Source: Rubripirellula sp.
GTDB taxonomy: Bacteria > Planctomycetota > Planctomycetia > Pirellulales > Pirellulaceae
Assembly (NCBI GenBank): GCA_965216875.1
Contig: OZ244207.1
Coordinates: 1,536,001 to 1,600,000, forward strand
Length of the DNA stretch: 64,000 nt
Reading direction: 5' to 3'
Numbering within the stretch: the first letter of the stretch is position 1; each line of letters begins with the position of its first letter. The notes below the pieces were generated by a model that searched no databases, was not told the DNA's origin, and saw nothing but the letters and a program-made list of their open reading frames with translations. Below, one piece after another: positions 30,445-40,893 of the stretch. Both the position numbers and the translations under genes were made by a program.

Positions 30445-33400
30445 ATGCTGCGCTCCTCAAAGGTCTCAACCGATCACAAGTCGCGGTCCAAAACCACTCG
30501 TGGCCGCAAAGCACGCAACAAAGCAAAACGCCAACGTCGACAACTCACCGCTTCAATGGAAGCGCTTGAGCCTCGGCATCTGCTTGCCTTTTCATCCGCC
30601 TTGCTCGGGGACATCAATCAATTCGGCGTCTCGCCGTTGATTGATACGATGATCGAATACAACAACCAGGCCTTGTTTGTTGCCGACGACGGGCAAACGG
30701 GCGCCGAGTTGTGGATCAGTGACGGAACCGAAGGTGGCACCGTCCAGGTTGCTGACATCCTTCCCGGCCAAGATGGCTCACAACCAAGCAATCTTACGAT
30801 CGTGGGCAGCGAAGTTTTCTTCACCGCGCTCGATGCTGATGATGAGTTTGATTTGTGGAAAACGGATGGCACAACCCTTGGCACGGTGAAAGTGTTTGAT
30901 GCCGATGCCAACGGAGTCTATTACCCCAATCATTTGACCGAGTCGGGCGGCAAGCTTTTCTTCACCGCATACGAATACGCAAGCGGCTACGAGCTATGGG
31001 CAAGTGATGGTTCAAGTTCCGGCACGCTGTTGTTGGCCGACATCAACCCGGTCCAGGACATTGGTGAAGGGCCGCGCGAGCTGACCGACGTCAACGGAAC
31101 GTTGTTCTTTTCGCAGTACACCAATGGCTACGACAACCGCGAGCTGTTCAAGAGCGATGGGACTCCAGCCGGTACGGTGCTTGTCCGAAACATCGACGGG
31201 GACGCTTACGATAGTTCGTATCCCGAAAACCTGACCAACGTCGGTGGCGTTTTGTACTTCACGGCGACGACACCTACCGATGGCGTCGAGCTGTACAAGA
31301 GTGACGGAACGGAACTCGGAACGGTTCAAGTCCAAGACTTGAATCCAGCTGGCGATTCCTATCCGCGCGAATTGACCGAGTTCAATGGGCAAGTGTTGTT
31401 CTCGGCCGACGCCGGATTGGGACGTCAACTTTATCGAAGTGACGGAACCACCATCACGTTGGTCGCCGATACGACTGGGGTTGGCGATCCATCCGATCCG
31501 ACTGAATTGACGGTCGTCGGAAACGAGCTGTTCTTTTCGTCCTTTGGCGGGGGAATCCCTGGTCCGACGTCCGCCATCTCGCCAACGCTCAACCCTTCAC
31601 CAAATAGCAACTCACGAAACTCAAGTGGCCGCGCAGGCGTTGTGCACTCGGTCTCGACCGATGGTTCAGGCTACGCCAATGAAGGCGTGTTGCGGACCGC
31701 GACCTCGCTAAGCAACTTCACAACCATCACCGGCGGTGCCGGCAAGATCGGAGCACCTGGAGTTGGGTTGACCCATTTGGAGCCTGGCGATCTGTACCTC
31801 CAGGACATTGATGCGGGGGAATTGCAGGTTCACGCTTGGGATTGGGAAATCAGTGACCCAGCCGGTTTGACCAATATCGATTTTTCTGGGTTCATCTCAG
31901 GCAACGAGTTCTTCCGCCTGCAAAACGATCCAGCAGGTCCTGAGGGTGCGATCTTTGAGCTCTTCTTGAATGGTTCCACGAACCCAACGACGACACTCCT
32001 CATCGAAGGCAATGCTCTCGATGATTTCAACGGCACTCGCGATAGTGGCAATCTGTCGATTTCAAATGCGGGTGGCCCCGCAATCACTTCGGCGGCCGTT
32101 CGGATGACGCTGATCGGGTCCGGTGTCAATGGTGGTGATGAAGCACTTGTCGTTGGCGCCCAATTGACTGCCACCGGTGGTAGTTCTCGGACCGCGGATC
32201 GCGAACTTCATAAAACCGACAACACGTTCGCCACAACTTTGGTGAAGAACATCGTTGAGGTCGGACCTTCGAACCCAAGCAATCTAACGGACGTCGGTGG
32301 CACGCTTTTCTTCACCGCGCATGATCCAATCACCAGCGGACGCGAGCTGTGGACCAGTGATGGAACCGAAGCGGGGACAACGCTCGTTGAAGACATCCGA
32401 ACCGGGACCGATGCCTATGGCGCGCCCCTGAGTAGCGACCCTCAATACCTGACCGAGGTCAACGGGCAACTCTTCTTCACTGCACTTGATGACCAGAATG
32501 ATCGCGAACTTTGGTCCAGCGACGGTACTGAGGCTGGAACGGATCAGATCAAGAACATCAACGAAGGGTCGCAAGGTTCCAACATCCAGCAAGTCACTCA
32601 AGTTGGCAATCGCGTTTTCTTTGTTGCCGATGACGGTATCAATGGCGAAGCGGTCTACGTGGCGGACCCAGGGGCGGGGACGGTATCCCTTGCTGCCGAC
32701 CTGACACTTTCGAATGTCGACAAGATCAGTGGACTGGCGGCGTTCGACGGCGGCGTGGTCTTTTTCCATGACTCGCTTGGCATCCATCACACCGATGGGA
32801 CAACGACAACAGCGATTTCGACTTTGAATCCGGTCACTCTGGACGAAGAGGGAACCCACTTTGTCCAAGCGAACAATCGAATCTTCTTCGTTACCGTTGA
32901 TCCGACCTTTGGCGAAGAGTTGTTCAGCTTCACACCAGGCGGCAGCCCGGCGCTTGTGACCGATTTGAACGAAGGTAATAGCGGTGCCGACAGCAGCGAG
33001 CCGCGCGAGTTGGTCGAATTCAACGGTTTGCTCTACTTCACGGCACACTTTGTCAACGCCTTTACGGATTCCGGTCGCGAGCTAATTCGAACGGACGGAA
33101 CGGTGGGCGGCACAACGGTCGTGGCGAACATCAACATCGACACTCCTGTCATGGGGGCCCCGATCGATAACGGTTCGGATCCGCAGCATTTGACCGTGAG
33201 CGGCTCTCGACTGTTCTTCTCGGCCGATGACGGCACCACGGGTGGCAACGGTCGAGAATTGTTTAGCACGACAGGCGTTGGTGCTTCACTCGCCTCGGAT
33301 ATCAACACGGGCGCGTCGGGGTCGAATCCTCACAATTTAACCGACGTTCAAGGTGTGCTTTACTTCGCAGCTGACGATGGCACGAACGGTATCGAGCCCT

Positions 33401-34389
33401 TCATGTCCGACGGCACGGGCGCAGGCACTGCGTTGGTTGCCAACGTCAACGGCGGTGGTTCCGATTCGAACCCAAACCACTTCTTCCAGGTTGGACCGAC
33501 GGTCTATTTTGCCGCGACCGAGTCGGGCACTGGAACTGAACTTTGGAAGACGGACGGAACCCCTGGTGGAACACTGATTGTCGAGGACCAGCAACCGGGA
33601 ATCCTCAGCAGTGACCCGGTCCCTGTTGCTGATGCCGGCATGGACCGCGTCCTTGTGGCCGCGACGGGTGTCGGGACTTTGGACCGCGAACTCTGGATCA
33701 CTGGCGGACCGGTCCCAGACTTGCAAATGGCGTTGGACATCAATCCGGGGCCAGCCTTTGGCGGACATCCACGCGACTTCCTCCCGGTCGGTTCCGATCT
33801 CGTCTTCGTGGCTGATGATGGTTTCTCGGGCGAAGAACTCTTCACGCTCGAAGAAGTCGTTCCCGAACTCAGCGAGGTTGTCATCAGTGGCGGGCAAGCG
33901 CAACGCTCGTCTCTCGAAACCGTCCGCGTGGAATTCAACTCTTTGGTTGAAATCAATGGCGACGCATTCCTATTCGAAAACGTATCCAACGGAAATGCCG
34001 AGGCGGTTGATGTACCCGTGGTGACTCAGGTCAATGGCAAGACGTTTGTCGAATTTACCTTCCTGCCTGGTGCGACGGTCAACGCCAATGGCCAGCTACT
34101 TGATGGCCAATACTTGCTGACCATCGACACGACGATGATCGGTTCCTTTGGTCTTCAGATGACGGGTGACAACACGTTTGGCGACGAACCAGCCGTCGAC
34201 AAGTTCTTCCGCAAGTTTGGTGATGGTGATGGCAGCAACTTCGTGAACCTGTTCGACTTTGCTGCCTTCCGAGGAAGCTTCAATAAGTCGGAAGGGGACC
34301 TCGGCTACAACGAGGCGTTTGACAACGACGGAAACAACATCGTGAACCTGTTTGATTTCGCAGCGTTCCGCAATAACTATCTTTCTTGA
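30445..34389 (+). CDS. Large exported ELWxxDGT-repeat beta-propeller protein with C-terminal dockerin-like module
   Basis: Basic N-terminus plus EALEPRHLLA signal; more than 10 ELW(I/K/T/S)(S/T)DGT-like repeats; duplicated D-x-DG-x3-VNLFDFAAFR. Confidence 0.92.
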   Translation: MLRSSKVSTDHKSRSKTTRGRKARNKAKRQRRQLTASMEALEPRHLLAFSSALLGDINQFGVSPLIDTMIEYNNQALFVADDGQTGAELWISDGTEGGTVQVADILPGQDGSQPSNLTIVGSEVFFTALDADDEFDLWKTDGTTLGTVKVFDADANGVYYPNHLTESGGKLFFTAYEYASGYELWASDGSSSGTLLLADINPVQDIGEGPRELTDVNGTLFFSQYTNGYDNRELFKSDGTPAGTVLVRNIDGDAYDSSYPENLTNVGGVLYFTATTPTDGVELYKSDGTELGTVQVQDLNPAGDSYPRELTEFNGQVLFSADAGLGRQLYRSDGTTITLVADTTGVGDPSDPTELTVVGNELFFSSFGGGIPGPTSAISPTLNPSPNSNSRNSSGRAGVVHSVSTDGSGYANEGVLRTATSLSNFTTITGGAGKIGAPGVGLTHLEPGDLYLQDIDAGELQVHAWDWEISDPAGLTNIDFSGFISGNEFFRLQNDPAGPEGAIFELFLNGSTNPTTTLLIEGNALDDFNGTRDSGNLSISNAGGPAITSAAVRMTLIGSGVNGGDEALVVGAQLTATGGSSRTADRELHKTDNTFATTLVKNIVEVGPSNPSNLTDVGGTLFFTAHDPITSGRELWTSDGTEAGTTLVEDIRTGTDAYGAPLSSDPQYLTEVNGQLFFTALDDQNDRELWSSDGTEAGTDQIKNINEGSQGSNIQQVTQVGNRVFFVADDGINGEAVYVADPGAGTVSLAADLTLSNVDKISGLAAFDGGVVFFHDSLGIHHTDGTTTTAISTLNPVTLDEEGTHFVQANNRIFFVTVDPTFGEELFSFTPGGSPALVTDLNEGNSGADSSEPRELVEFNGLLYFTAHFVNAFTDSGRELIRTDGTVGGTTVVANINIDTPVMGAPIDNGSDPQHLTVSGSRLFFSADDGTTGGNGRELFSTTGVGASLASDINTGASGSNPHNLTDVQGVLYFAADDGTNGIEPFMSDGTGAGTALVANVNGGGSDSNPNHFFQVGPTVYFAATESGTGTELWKTDGTPGGTLIVEDQQPGILSSDPVPVADAGMDRVLVAATGVGTLDRELWITGGPVPDLQMALDINPGPAFGGHPRDFLPVGSDLVFVADDGFSGEELFTLEEVVPELSEVVISGGQAQRSSLETVRVEFNSLVEINGDAFLFENVSNGNAEAVDVPVVTQVNGKTFVEFTFLPGATVNANGQLLDGQYLLTIDTTMIGSFGLQMTGDNTFGDEPAVDKFFRKFGDGDGSNFVNLFDFAAFRGSFNKSEGDLGYNEAFDNDGNNIVNLFDFAAFRNNYLS

Positions 34390-34416
34390 GCCAAAGTTAG
34401 CGACGAAACATTGTTT

Positions 34417-34452
34417 GGGTTGTGTCGGTCTTTCCGGCACAGCCCTTTTTTT
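34417..34452 (+). terminator. Intrinsic terminator
   Basis: GGGTTGTGTCGG/CCGGCACAGCCC stem followed by 7 T, just after the stop at 34389. Confidence 0.7.
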
Positions 34453-34551
34453 GTGCACCTCGCAAGTGCCCATCGCTCGCTTCAAATCCGTCCCCGCTGC
34501 TGGCGGAGTGGTAGGTTTGTTCTGCAACCTTCCACTTTGTGAGCAGTCGCA

Positions 34552-35079
34552 ATGCTACGTCTCGATGCCACCTCCAACCCCGAACAAGATGCCGCCAAAA
34601 TCTGTCGTTGGCGTTGTGGACGCATCGTCATGCGCGACGGCAAATTGGTCGAGGTCCAGCAGCGGCTGTTGACCGGTTCCGTTTCGGTTGCGCAAGTTTG
34701 GTGGCAGGCACGCTACGGACGTAGTGACGATGAGGTGTGTTGGCTTGACTATCACCAACCTTTGGGCATGCCCCAGTTCCTAACCCTTGACTACATCCGC
34801 AGCGGCAAGCGAGCCGGGTACAAGACCTTTGTTGGGGCCTGCAAAGTGCTCGACGACATCGCCAGGATTCGATCGGCGATGGCGATTGTTGCCCATGTGA
34901 CCAATTCGTCCATCAGCGATCGTTTGCTCGAAAGATTGGGGTGGCAGCAACACATGGAAAAATGGAAAGGGCGTCATTGGATTCGCCGATTCTACGACGG
35001 ATACCCCGATTCATCGCTTCACCGCTACCTCGACCGCGCTTCTGGCGACATAATGGTCGACCATGTCCAGCCTTGTTGA
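34552..35079 (+). CDS. Hypothetical protein (possibly GNAT-like fold)
   Basis: 175-aa ORF with plausible composition; LDYIRSG...AIVAHVTN..ISDRLLERLGW resembles a GNAT C-terminal arrangement. Confidence 0.6.
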   Translation: MLRLDATSNPEQDAAKICRWRCGRIVMRDGKLVEVQQRLLTGSVSVAQVWWQARYGRSDDEVCWLDYHQPLGMPQFLTLDYIRSGKRAGYKTFVGACKVLDDIARIRSAMAIVAHVTNSSISDRLLERLGWQQHMEKWKGRHWIRRFYDGYPDSSLHRYLDRASGDIMVDHVQPC

Positions 35080-35590
35080 AAAAGCGGAAGCGTTTGCAAC
35101 CGATGCTCACGCAAGCATCGATCAGCGTCGAAAGTACTCTGACGAGCCCTACATCGTTCATCCACGCGCAGTCGCCGCGACCGTTGCTTCGGTCACCGAC
35201 GATGAGGCGATGATCGCGGCCGCTTGGCTTCACGATGTCGTCGAGGATACTCCTGTTACAAACGACGAAATCAGAGCAGCGTTCGGCGATGATGTTGCCG
35301 ATCTTGTGTCTCAAGTCACGAACGTTTCGAAGTTGAGTGATGGGAACCGTGCGACACGCAAGGCAATCGATCGTAAGCACGTAGCAGCCGCGAGCCCACG
35401 TGGCAAGACGATCAAGCTTGCCGACTTGATCGATAATCTCGATGGCATCACCTCGGAAAACCGCGGGTATGCACCGAAGTACCTCGCTGAGAAACGCGAG
35501 CAATTGACCGTTCTCGGCGAAGGGGACCGAAGCCTCTACCAACGAGTCGAGCAAATCATCGAAAACGAGTATGCCCAACTTTCCCAGTGA
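35063..35590 (+). CDS. HD-domain small alarmone hydrolase (Mesh1/SAH-like)
   Basis: AH..QRRKYSDEPYIVHP, AAWLHDVVEDT, FGDDVADLV, IKLADLIDNL; no synthetase domain. Confidence 0.88.
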   Translation: MSSLVEKAEAFATDAHASIDQRRKYSDEPYIVHPRAVAATVASVTDDEAMIAAAWLHDVVEDTPVTNDEIRAAFGDDVADLVSQVTNVSKLSDGNRATRKAIDRKHVAAASPRGKTIKLADLIDNLDGITSENRGYAPKYLAEKREQLTVLGEGDRSLYQRVEQIIENEYAQLSQ

Positions 35591-35685
35591 GCCGAATGCG
35601 CTTGCATCGGGCCTCACACTCCTCACTCTTCGCGCTTTCACTCTACTCGTGGCCAAGGGCCCGAGGCCTCACTGTCAGCGACTCA
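35587..35685. repeat. Degenerate repeat family B module
   Basis: GTGAGCCG...CGGGCCT and GCCCGAGGCCT...CAGCGACTC arms resemble 19211-19301. Confidence 0.6.
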
Positions 35686-35851
35686 AACGCACGGTATTCC
35701 GCTCATCCAGAGCGACCGTCCACTTGCGTTTTTTCCCAAGAAACGCACGAGCCGTTAAGATTAAGGGAGACGATTTATCGCGACGCGGACTCAAAAGTCA
35801 AATGCTTCAATTCAGTCCGCGTCTAGCCATCTCTTGGATCGGTGGGGCAGT

Positions 35852-37315
35852 ATGCATCAACTCTCTTTCTCACGCTTCGCCCTTCTGTTGGGCCTTTTGG
35901 TCGGGATGGCCGCACCGGCTGCGGCGGATATGGTGCTGTACACCGTTCCCGGATCGAATCTCACCTTTGTGTTGATGGGAAAGGCATCGGTCAATCCTGG
36001 TGGAACGGTGTCGCTCAAGCATGCACGGGGGCTGCTCCATTTCGGGATGCGTGATTGCCGTATCGTTAAGACGCAAACGAAGCTACAGCTATACGGAATC
36101 GAAGCGTCGGAAGCTCGACGCGATGCGACGGCTGAGAGTTACCTCGATTTGGCGCTTTGGTGTGTTGAAAACGGAATGCTCAAACAGGCTGACGATGCGC
36201 TTGCATCGGCGTGGCGGACGGATGCGAGTCACGATCGCGTGAAGCTGATGGCCAAGCTTGTTCAATTTCGTCGAGCTACCGTGCCTGCATCGTCGAGCGT
36301 CGAGGAAGAGATGCGGGCCTTCGTGAAGAAAGATGACATGCAGTTTCTACGCAGTCGTCATTTTGCACTCCTGCACGACACGTCGGATCAAGTCGAACCA
36401 AAGTACAACAAAACGGTTGCCCAGCATCGTCTCGACCTGCTCGAACAAGTCTACGACAGTTTCTTTATGAAGTACGCACTTGAGGGTTACCCGCTGAAAG
36501 TGCCTCGTGAGCCGATGCGTGTTGTTTTGTTCGATGATCATGCCGACTATCTGAATTTCGTCAAGCTTCTTGATCCGGCGCTCAAGCGTGCGGCTGGCTT
36601 CTATTCGCCAGAAGAGAATATCGCAATCTTCTATCGTCAGAAAACGGACGAAGCGTTCAAGGGGGCAAACCAACTCGTCGAACTGCTGCGAGATTTGCGG
36701 GATACCGCCCGGCGGACGCGCGCCGCGGGGGCTGGCGAACTGATTCGATTTGCAAAAACGCTCGAGCTGATCATCGACATCGAGGGCGAGAATCAAGAAA
36801 TCGAAGTGGTCACTCACGAGGCGACGCATCAACTGGCTGCCAACAGCGGGTTGCTCGAGCGCGAACGCTTTTTTGTTCGCTGGGCACACGAGGGACTTGC
36901 CAGCTATTTCGAGTCGCCCAAAGAAGCGACTTGGGCTGGCATCGGCGCAGTCAACGCACAGCGACTCGGTTTCTACCGAATTCTCGAACGTGACCCGGAG
37001 CATTCGAGTATCGAGTTTGTCGTGACTGACAAGATTTTCGACTTTGCGGGATCGAGTTTCAGCGTGCAAGCGGCGTACGGTCAAGCGTGGGCGCTCACCC
37101 ACTTCCTAATGGACAAGCATCTTGAAGAGCTGATGGAGTTCTACAAGTTGATGGCCAAGGATGATTTCGAGACGGAGCGAAACGAAGCGTGGCGTCAAAA
37201 AACACTCGCAACCTTCCGTGAGTGTTTTGGCGACCTCGGAACACTCGAACGAGAATGGCGTTCGTACATGCGAACGCTCAAGACCGACATGGAACAGCTC
37301 GCCGACAAGATTTAG
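35852..37315 (+). CDS. DUF1570 domain protein (HExxH metallopeptidase-like)
   Basis: Signal peptide; GFYSPEEN, HEATHQLAANSGL, WAHEGLASYFE, YGQAWALTHFL. Confidence 0.88.
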   Translation: MHQLSFSRFALLLGLLVGMAAPAAADMVLYTVPGSNLTFVLMGKASVNPGGTVSLKHARGLLHFGMRDCRIVKTQTKLQLYGIEASEARRDATAESYLDLALWCVENGMLKQADDALASAWRTDASHDRVKLMAKLVQFRRATVPASSSVEEEMRAFVKKDDMQFLRSRHFALLHDTSDQVEPKYNKTVAQHRLDLLEQVYDSFFMKYALEGYPLKVPREPMRVVLFDDHADYLNFVKLLDPALKRAAGFYSPEENIAIFYRQKTDEAFKGANQLVELLRDLRDTARRTRAAGAGELIRFAKTLELIIDIEGENQEIEVVTHEATHQLAANSGLLERERFFVRWAHEGLASYFESPKEATWAGIGAVNAQRLGFYRILERDPEHSSIEFVVTDKIFDFAGSSFSVQAAYGQAWALTHFLMDKHLEELMEFYKLMAKDDFETERNEAWRQKTLATFRECFGDLGTLEREWRSYMRTLKTDMEQLADKI

Positions 37316-37332
37316 ACGCAAACACGCGTACT

Positions 37333-37447
37333 AGCAATCACCCTCCCGCGTGCGGGAGGGTCGGACGCAAAGTCCGGGGAGGGAACGAGTTTTCAAAACG
37401 AACCCTCTCCGGGCCTTAGAGCCCGACTCTCCCAAGGGAGAGTGTTT
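37333..37447. repeat. Repeat family C: 115-bp palindromic element (CCCTCCC..GGGAGGG / CTCTCCC..GGGAGAG)
   Basis: Inverted near-identical copy at 52264-52378. Confidence 0.88.
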
Positions 37448-37498
37448 GAACTCGCTGTCTTGAGGCCTAGTGGAAGCCCATTCCGTAACGCTAGCTGA

Positions 37499-38920
37499 CT
37501 ACTTTGCCTTGATCTCTTTCAAGCGGTCACGCTCAGGGCGTTTCTTGTAGAACGGATCGAGTGGGTAACAACCGCTGACCATGCCATTGCGTGGCGCGGT
37601 GGTACAGTCACTGAATGTTCGACAAATCTTCTTTCTGGCCATGACAGAGCCGTCCAAAACGTCGGCTGGCAGGTCAGGGTAAGACAAAACCATTCGGCCG
37701 AGACCGACGCTGTCCACTTTGCCGGCCGCAACCACCGCCTGGGCCACGCCCGGTAGCCAATCCTGCAGATAGCTATAGCCGGACCCAACGAAGAGCATTT
37801 CCGGGTGGAGCTTCTTCAGCTCGGCTGTTGCGTTCACTTGACGTGCGACGCCCACGAGCGGGTCTTCAGGCGGCTGATACCCGTCACTGGGTGGAAAGAA
37901 TGCTGGACGCTGGATGTGTGGATTGTAGTACGGACTGCCGGCTGTCGTGCAAACCAGTCTGATCCCGAGGCTCTTCATCAGCTCCATCAACTTGGACGGT
38001 TCGGTCAGGTCGATCCCTTGCCCCGTGCCATCGCCACCGAAGGCCAACCTTGGATCGGCATCGGGTTCTGGCTGACCGATCGAATCGTCGCCCATCCGGT
38101 ACGGAACAAAATCAAACGCACTGACTCGAACGCCGATCATCAGGCCTGGGGCGTTTGCATGAATCCCCGCGACGATCTCTCGCAAGAACCGAGTGCGGTT
38201 TTCGAAACTGCCGCCGAATTCGCCTTCGCGATCAAATCCGGTCAACAGCTCGTGTCCGAGATATCCATGACAATGCTTGACGTCGACAAAACGGTAGCCC
38301 GCCTTCTGGGCGAGGACGGCAGCGGCAACAAAGTCATCAATTAATTGCTTCAAGTCATCGTCGGACAGCAATGCGTTGTCGCCGTCGATCCCGAGTCGTT
38401 TGTCCAACACGGCGTTGCGCTGCGCCGTCCTCGGTTCGGACTTTGTCTTTTCGTTTGGACGTGCGAAGCGGCCTGAATGAGTTAGCTGCAATCCAACAAA
38501 CAGATCATCAACTGTCGAGAAGCGTTCTTGGTGAGCGTCAACCAAGATCTGACGCAGCCGCATGAGGTCACCGAGGTTCGCTTCATTGATCATCAACTGA
38601 TTCGGGTTCGCACGACCATCGGGACGCACGGCAACGGCTTCACCACCCCAAATGAGTTTCGCGCCGGAGATTCCAAAGTTCTTCCAGCGGTATTCGGTCA
38701 AGTCGGTTGGACGTCCGTCACGCGTGCCGTCCCAACCTTCCATCGGCAGGATGCAGAACCGATTTCCGATCGTCTGGTCATCGATCGTAAGTGATTGGCC
38801 GAGCACACTTTCATTTCCGGTGCCGATTTCAGCATCGCATGGTAAGTCGATGCCAAGCGAACGGACATGTTCACAGAATGTCTCGTGAGTCTTAAGTGTT
38901 GCGATTCGAGGAAAACTCAT
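37499..38920 (-). CDS. NADH:flavin oxidoreductase (old yellow enzyme-like)
   Basis: [42 protein letters not shown]. Confidence 0.9.
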   Translation of the reverse strand: MSFPRIATLKTHETFCEHVRSLGIDLPCDAEIGTGNESVLGQSLTIDDQTIGNRFCILPMEGWDGTRDGRPTDLTEYRWKNFGISGAKLIWGGEAVAVRPDGRANPNQLMINEANLGDLMRLRQILVDAHQERFSTVDDLFVGLQLTHSGRFARPNEKTKSEPRTAQRNAVLDKRLGIDGDNALLSDDDLKQLIDDFVAAAVLAQKAGYRFVDVKHCHGYLGHELLTGFDREGEFGGSFENRTRFLREIVAGIHANAPGLMIGVRVSAFDFVPYRMGDDSIGQPEPDADPRLAFGGDGTGQGIDLTEPSKLMELMKSLGIRLVCTTAGSPYYNPHIQRPAFFPPSDGYQPPEDPLVGVARQVNATAELKKLHPEMLFVGSGYSYLQDWLPGVAQAVVAAGKVDSVGLGRMVLSYPDLPADVLDGSVMARKKICRTFSDCTTAPRNGMVSGCYPLDPFYKKRPERDRLKEIKAK

Positions 38921-39888
38921 GCTCGCGCCTCCTTCATCAAGCGATCAAGGTCGCTCGCGATCGTCTGCAGCACATCAATATCGGCTTCTGGCCGACAGGG
39001 CGATTCGGGATGCGTGTGATTGGTTGAAATCATTCCGCGCAACTTCAAGAACATTGCTGCGGAGTGTTTGTAGGCCGGCGCCGGTGCGCGAAAAGTGAAA
39101 GCTCCGAGGTATTGAAGCAAATCGTTAAGTTCGTGAAAGGCACAGTCCCCCGCGTTCCACATGGCATCACGAGCGGCGAAAGCATCGGGTGCAAAGGTGC
39201 TCAGCCCAAGCAAGTAATCGCTGCCATACATCACCATGTCGATCGCCAGGTCGTTGCCGGTGAACACTTTGAATTCGGGACGCACACGATCACGCAAGGC
39301 TAACCGTTGCCATTCCGGCTCGCGACGAAGCGACGAGTGTTTGGCACCGATCACGTTCGGGATTTGCATAAGCCGTTCGTAGAGTCCAAGCGAATAGATG
39401 TTCCCGAAGGGGGCGAAGACCTTGCCCAGCTCAAAAAAGAGGAAGCCTTCGCATTCCTTGCCGAGTTCGGAGTAGGCGGCGACGATTTGGTCTTCTGAGG
39501 ATTGGATCAGCCCGTACGACTGAAAGAAGATCGGCGTACCGCCGTGGTCGACGATTTGACGCAACCCAACGCGGTAGCCGTCGATGTTCAAGCCATCGCT
39601 CGGCGCGTCTTTGACGAAGACGCCCGCAACGTACATCGATCCGTTGCATAGTGATTGGGTACGCTCGAGCACTTCCTGACGCACTTCGGGCGAGATCAGG
39701 TTGGCGTAGCCCGTGTCCATGTTTACCGCCGGAATCAGCCCCGCGTCGAGGGTGCGCCTGACGTGTGCGTCAAAGTCGTTCCAATCGACCTTCGAGTCCT
39801 CGGCGTAGGGCAAAAGAATCGCTGAGATGCCGGTGATCTTGCGCCGTGGCTTGAGAAGCGACGGCGGATCAATGTTGCGGGTCGACAT
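38917..39888 (-). CDS. Dihydrodipicolinate synthase (class I aldolase) family protein
   Basis: [15 protein letters not shown], Schiff-base Lys in [20 protein letters not shown] overlap with the oxidoreductase. Confidence 0.8.
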   Translation of the reverse strand: MSTRNIDPPSLLKPRRKITGISAILLPYAEDSKVDWNDFDAHVRRTLDAGLIPAVNMDTGYANLISPEVRQEVLERTQSLCNGSMYVAGVFVKDAPSDGLNIDGYRVGLRQIVDHGGTPIFFQSYGLIQSSEDQIVAAYSELGKECEGFLFFELGKVFAPFGNIYSLGLYERLMQIPNVIGAKHSSLRREPEWQRLALRDRVRPEFKVFTGNDLAIDMVMYGSDYLLGLSTFAPDAFAARDAMWNAGDCAFHELNDLLQYLGAFTFRAPAPAYKHSAAMFLKLRGMISTNHTHPESPCRPEADIDVLQTIASDLDRLMKEARA

Positions 39889-40186
39889 GATGGACCTAAA
39901 GGGGAATTGGAATAGCCCGGGGAGGGCGTATTGATTTGGATCCGAGCAGCATAACGGCAGAGCCATGAGGTTGCTTTGAAGATCAGGTTTGCAAATCGGG
40001 CAGATCACCGGCGGTGCGGGCTGCAACAGCCTGGGATCACGGTCAATACGCCGGAGGGGTGACGATGTCATCGTGGCACCGGCTGTGCGGTTTCGGTATC
40101 ATTTCGCGAGTGGATCGCTCAAAAGAAGAATCGCGAGCGATTTGTGCGAATGAGCTGTGATGACTGCCCACTAAGGAGATCTCGAG

Positions 40187-40819
40187 ATGGCAAAGAAGGC
40201 AAAGGCCCCGGCGAAGAAGAAAAATCGACTCTCGGCCGATGATGCTCTGAAAAAGTTGAAGGATGGAAACCAGCGTTTTCTCAAGCATGGCCCGATCTGC
40301 TATCCGAATGCAGACGATCGTGCCGATTTTTCCAACGGCCAAAAACCATACGCTGCGATTCTCTCGTGTGCCGACAGTCGCGTTTCGCCGGAGATCATGT
40401 TTAACGCAGGTCTGGACGAAGTCTTCGTCATTCGGGTTGCGGGCAACGTTGCCGACACGACCTCGATTGCGAGTATCGAGTACGCGGTTTCACAGCTCAA
40501 CACAAACCTCGTCGTCGTGATGGGGCATGAGGCTTGCGGCGCTGTCGGTGCGGCACTTGCCAATGCGGAAAAGACGATCGACCTCGGCTACAACCTCAAC
40601 ACTCTTGTTGCGCACATCACGCCAGCCGTTGCGGCGGCTCAAAAGAAGAAGACGTTTGAAAAGGACCCACTCGCAGCTACGGTCAAGGAAAATGCAAAGC
40701 TAGTGGCCAAAGAACTGAGGACACGTTCGCCAATCATCGCAAACCAGCGCGGTGTGAAGATTGTTTCTGGCTACTACCATTTGATCACTGGCAAAGTCGA
40801 CTTTTCCGAGCCGTCCTAA
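40187..40819 (+). CDS. Beta-class carbonic anhydrase
   Basis: LKDGNQRF, GQKP, CADSRV, RVAGN, SIEYA, GHEACGAV; AAGGAG RBS. Confidence 0.95.
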   Translation: MAKKAKAPAKKKNRLSADDALKKLKDGNQRFLKHGPICYPNADDRADFSNGQKPYAAILSCADSRVSPEIMFNAGLDEVFVIRVAGNVADTTSIASIEYAVSQLNTNLVVVMGHEACGAVGAALANAEKTIDLGYNLNTLVAHITPAVAAAQKKKTFEKDPLAATVKENAKLVAKELRTRSPIIANQRGVKIVSGYYHLITGKVDFSEPS

Positions 40820-40893
40820 ACGGTTCGAAACGCGCACTCAAAGACCTCACTTTGTTTTAGGTCCGACCGGTGAAGCAGCTGCAACGGCGTCGC

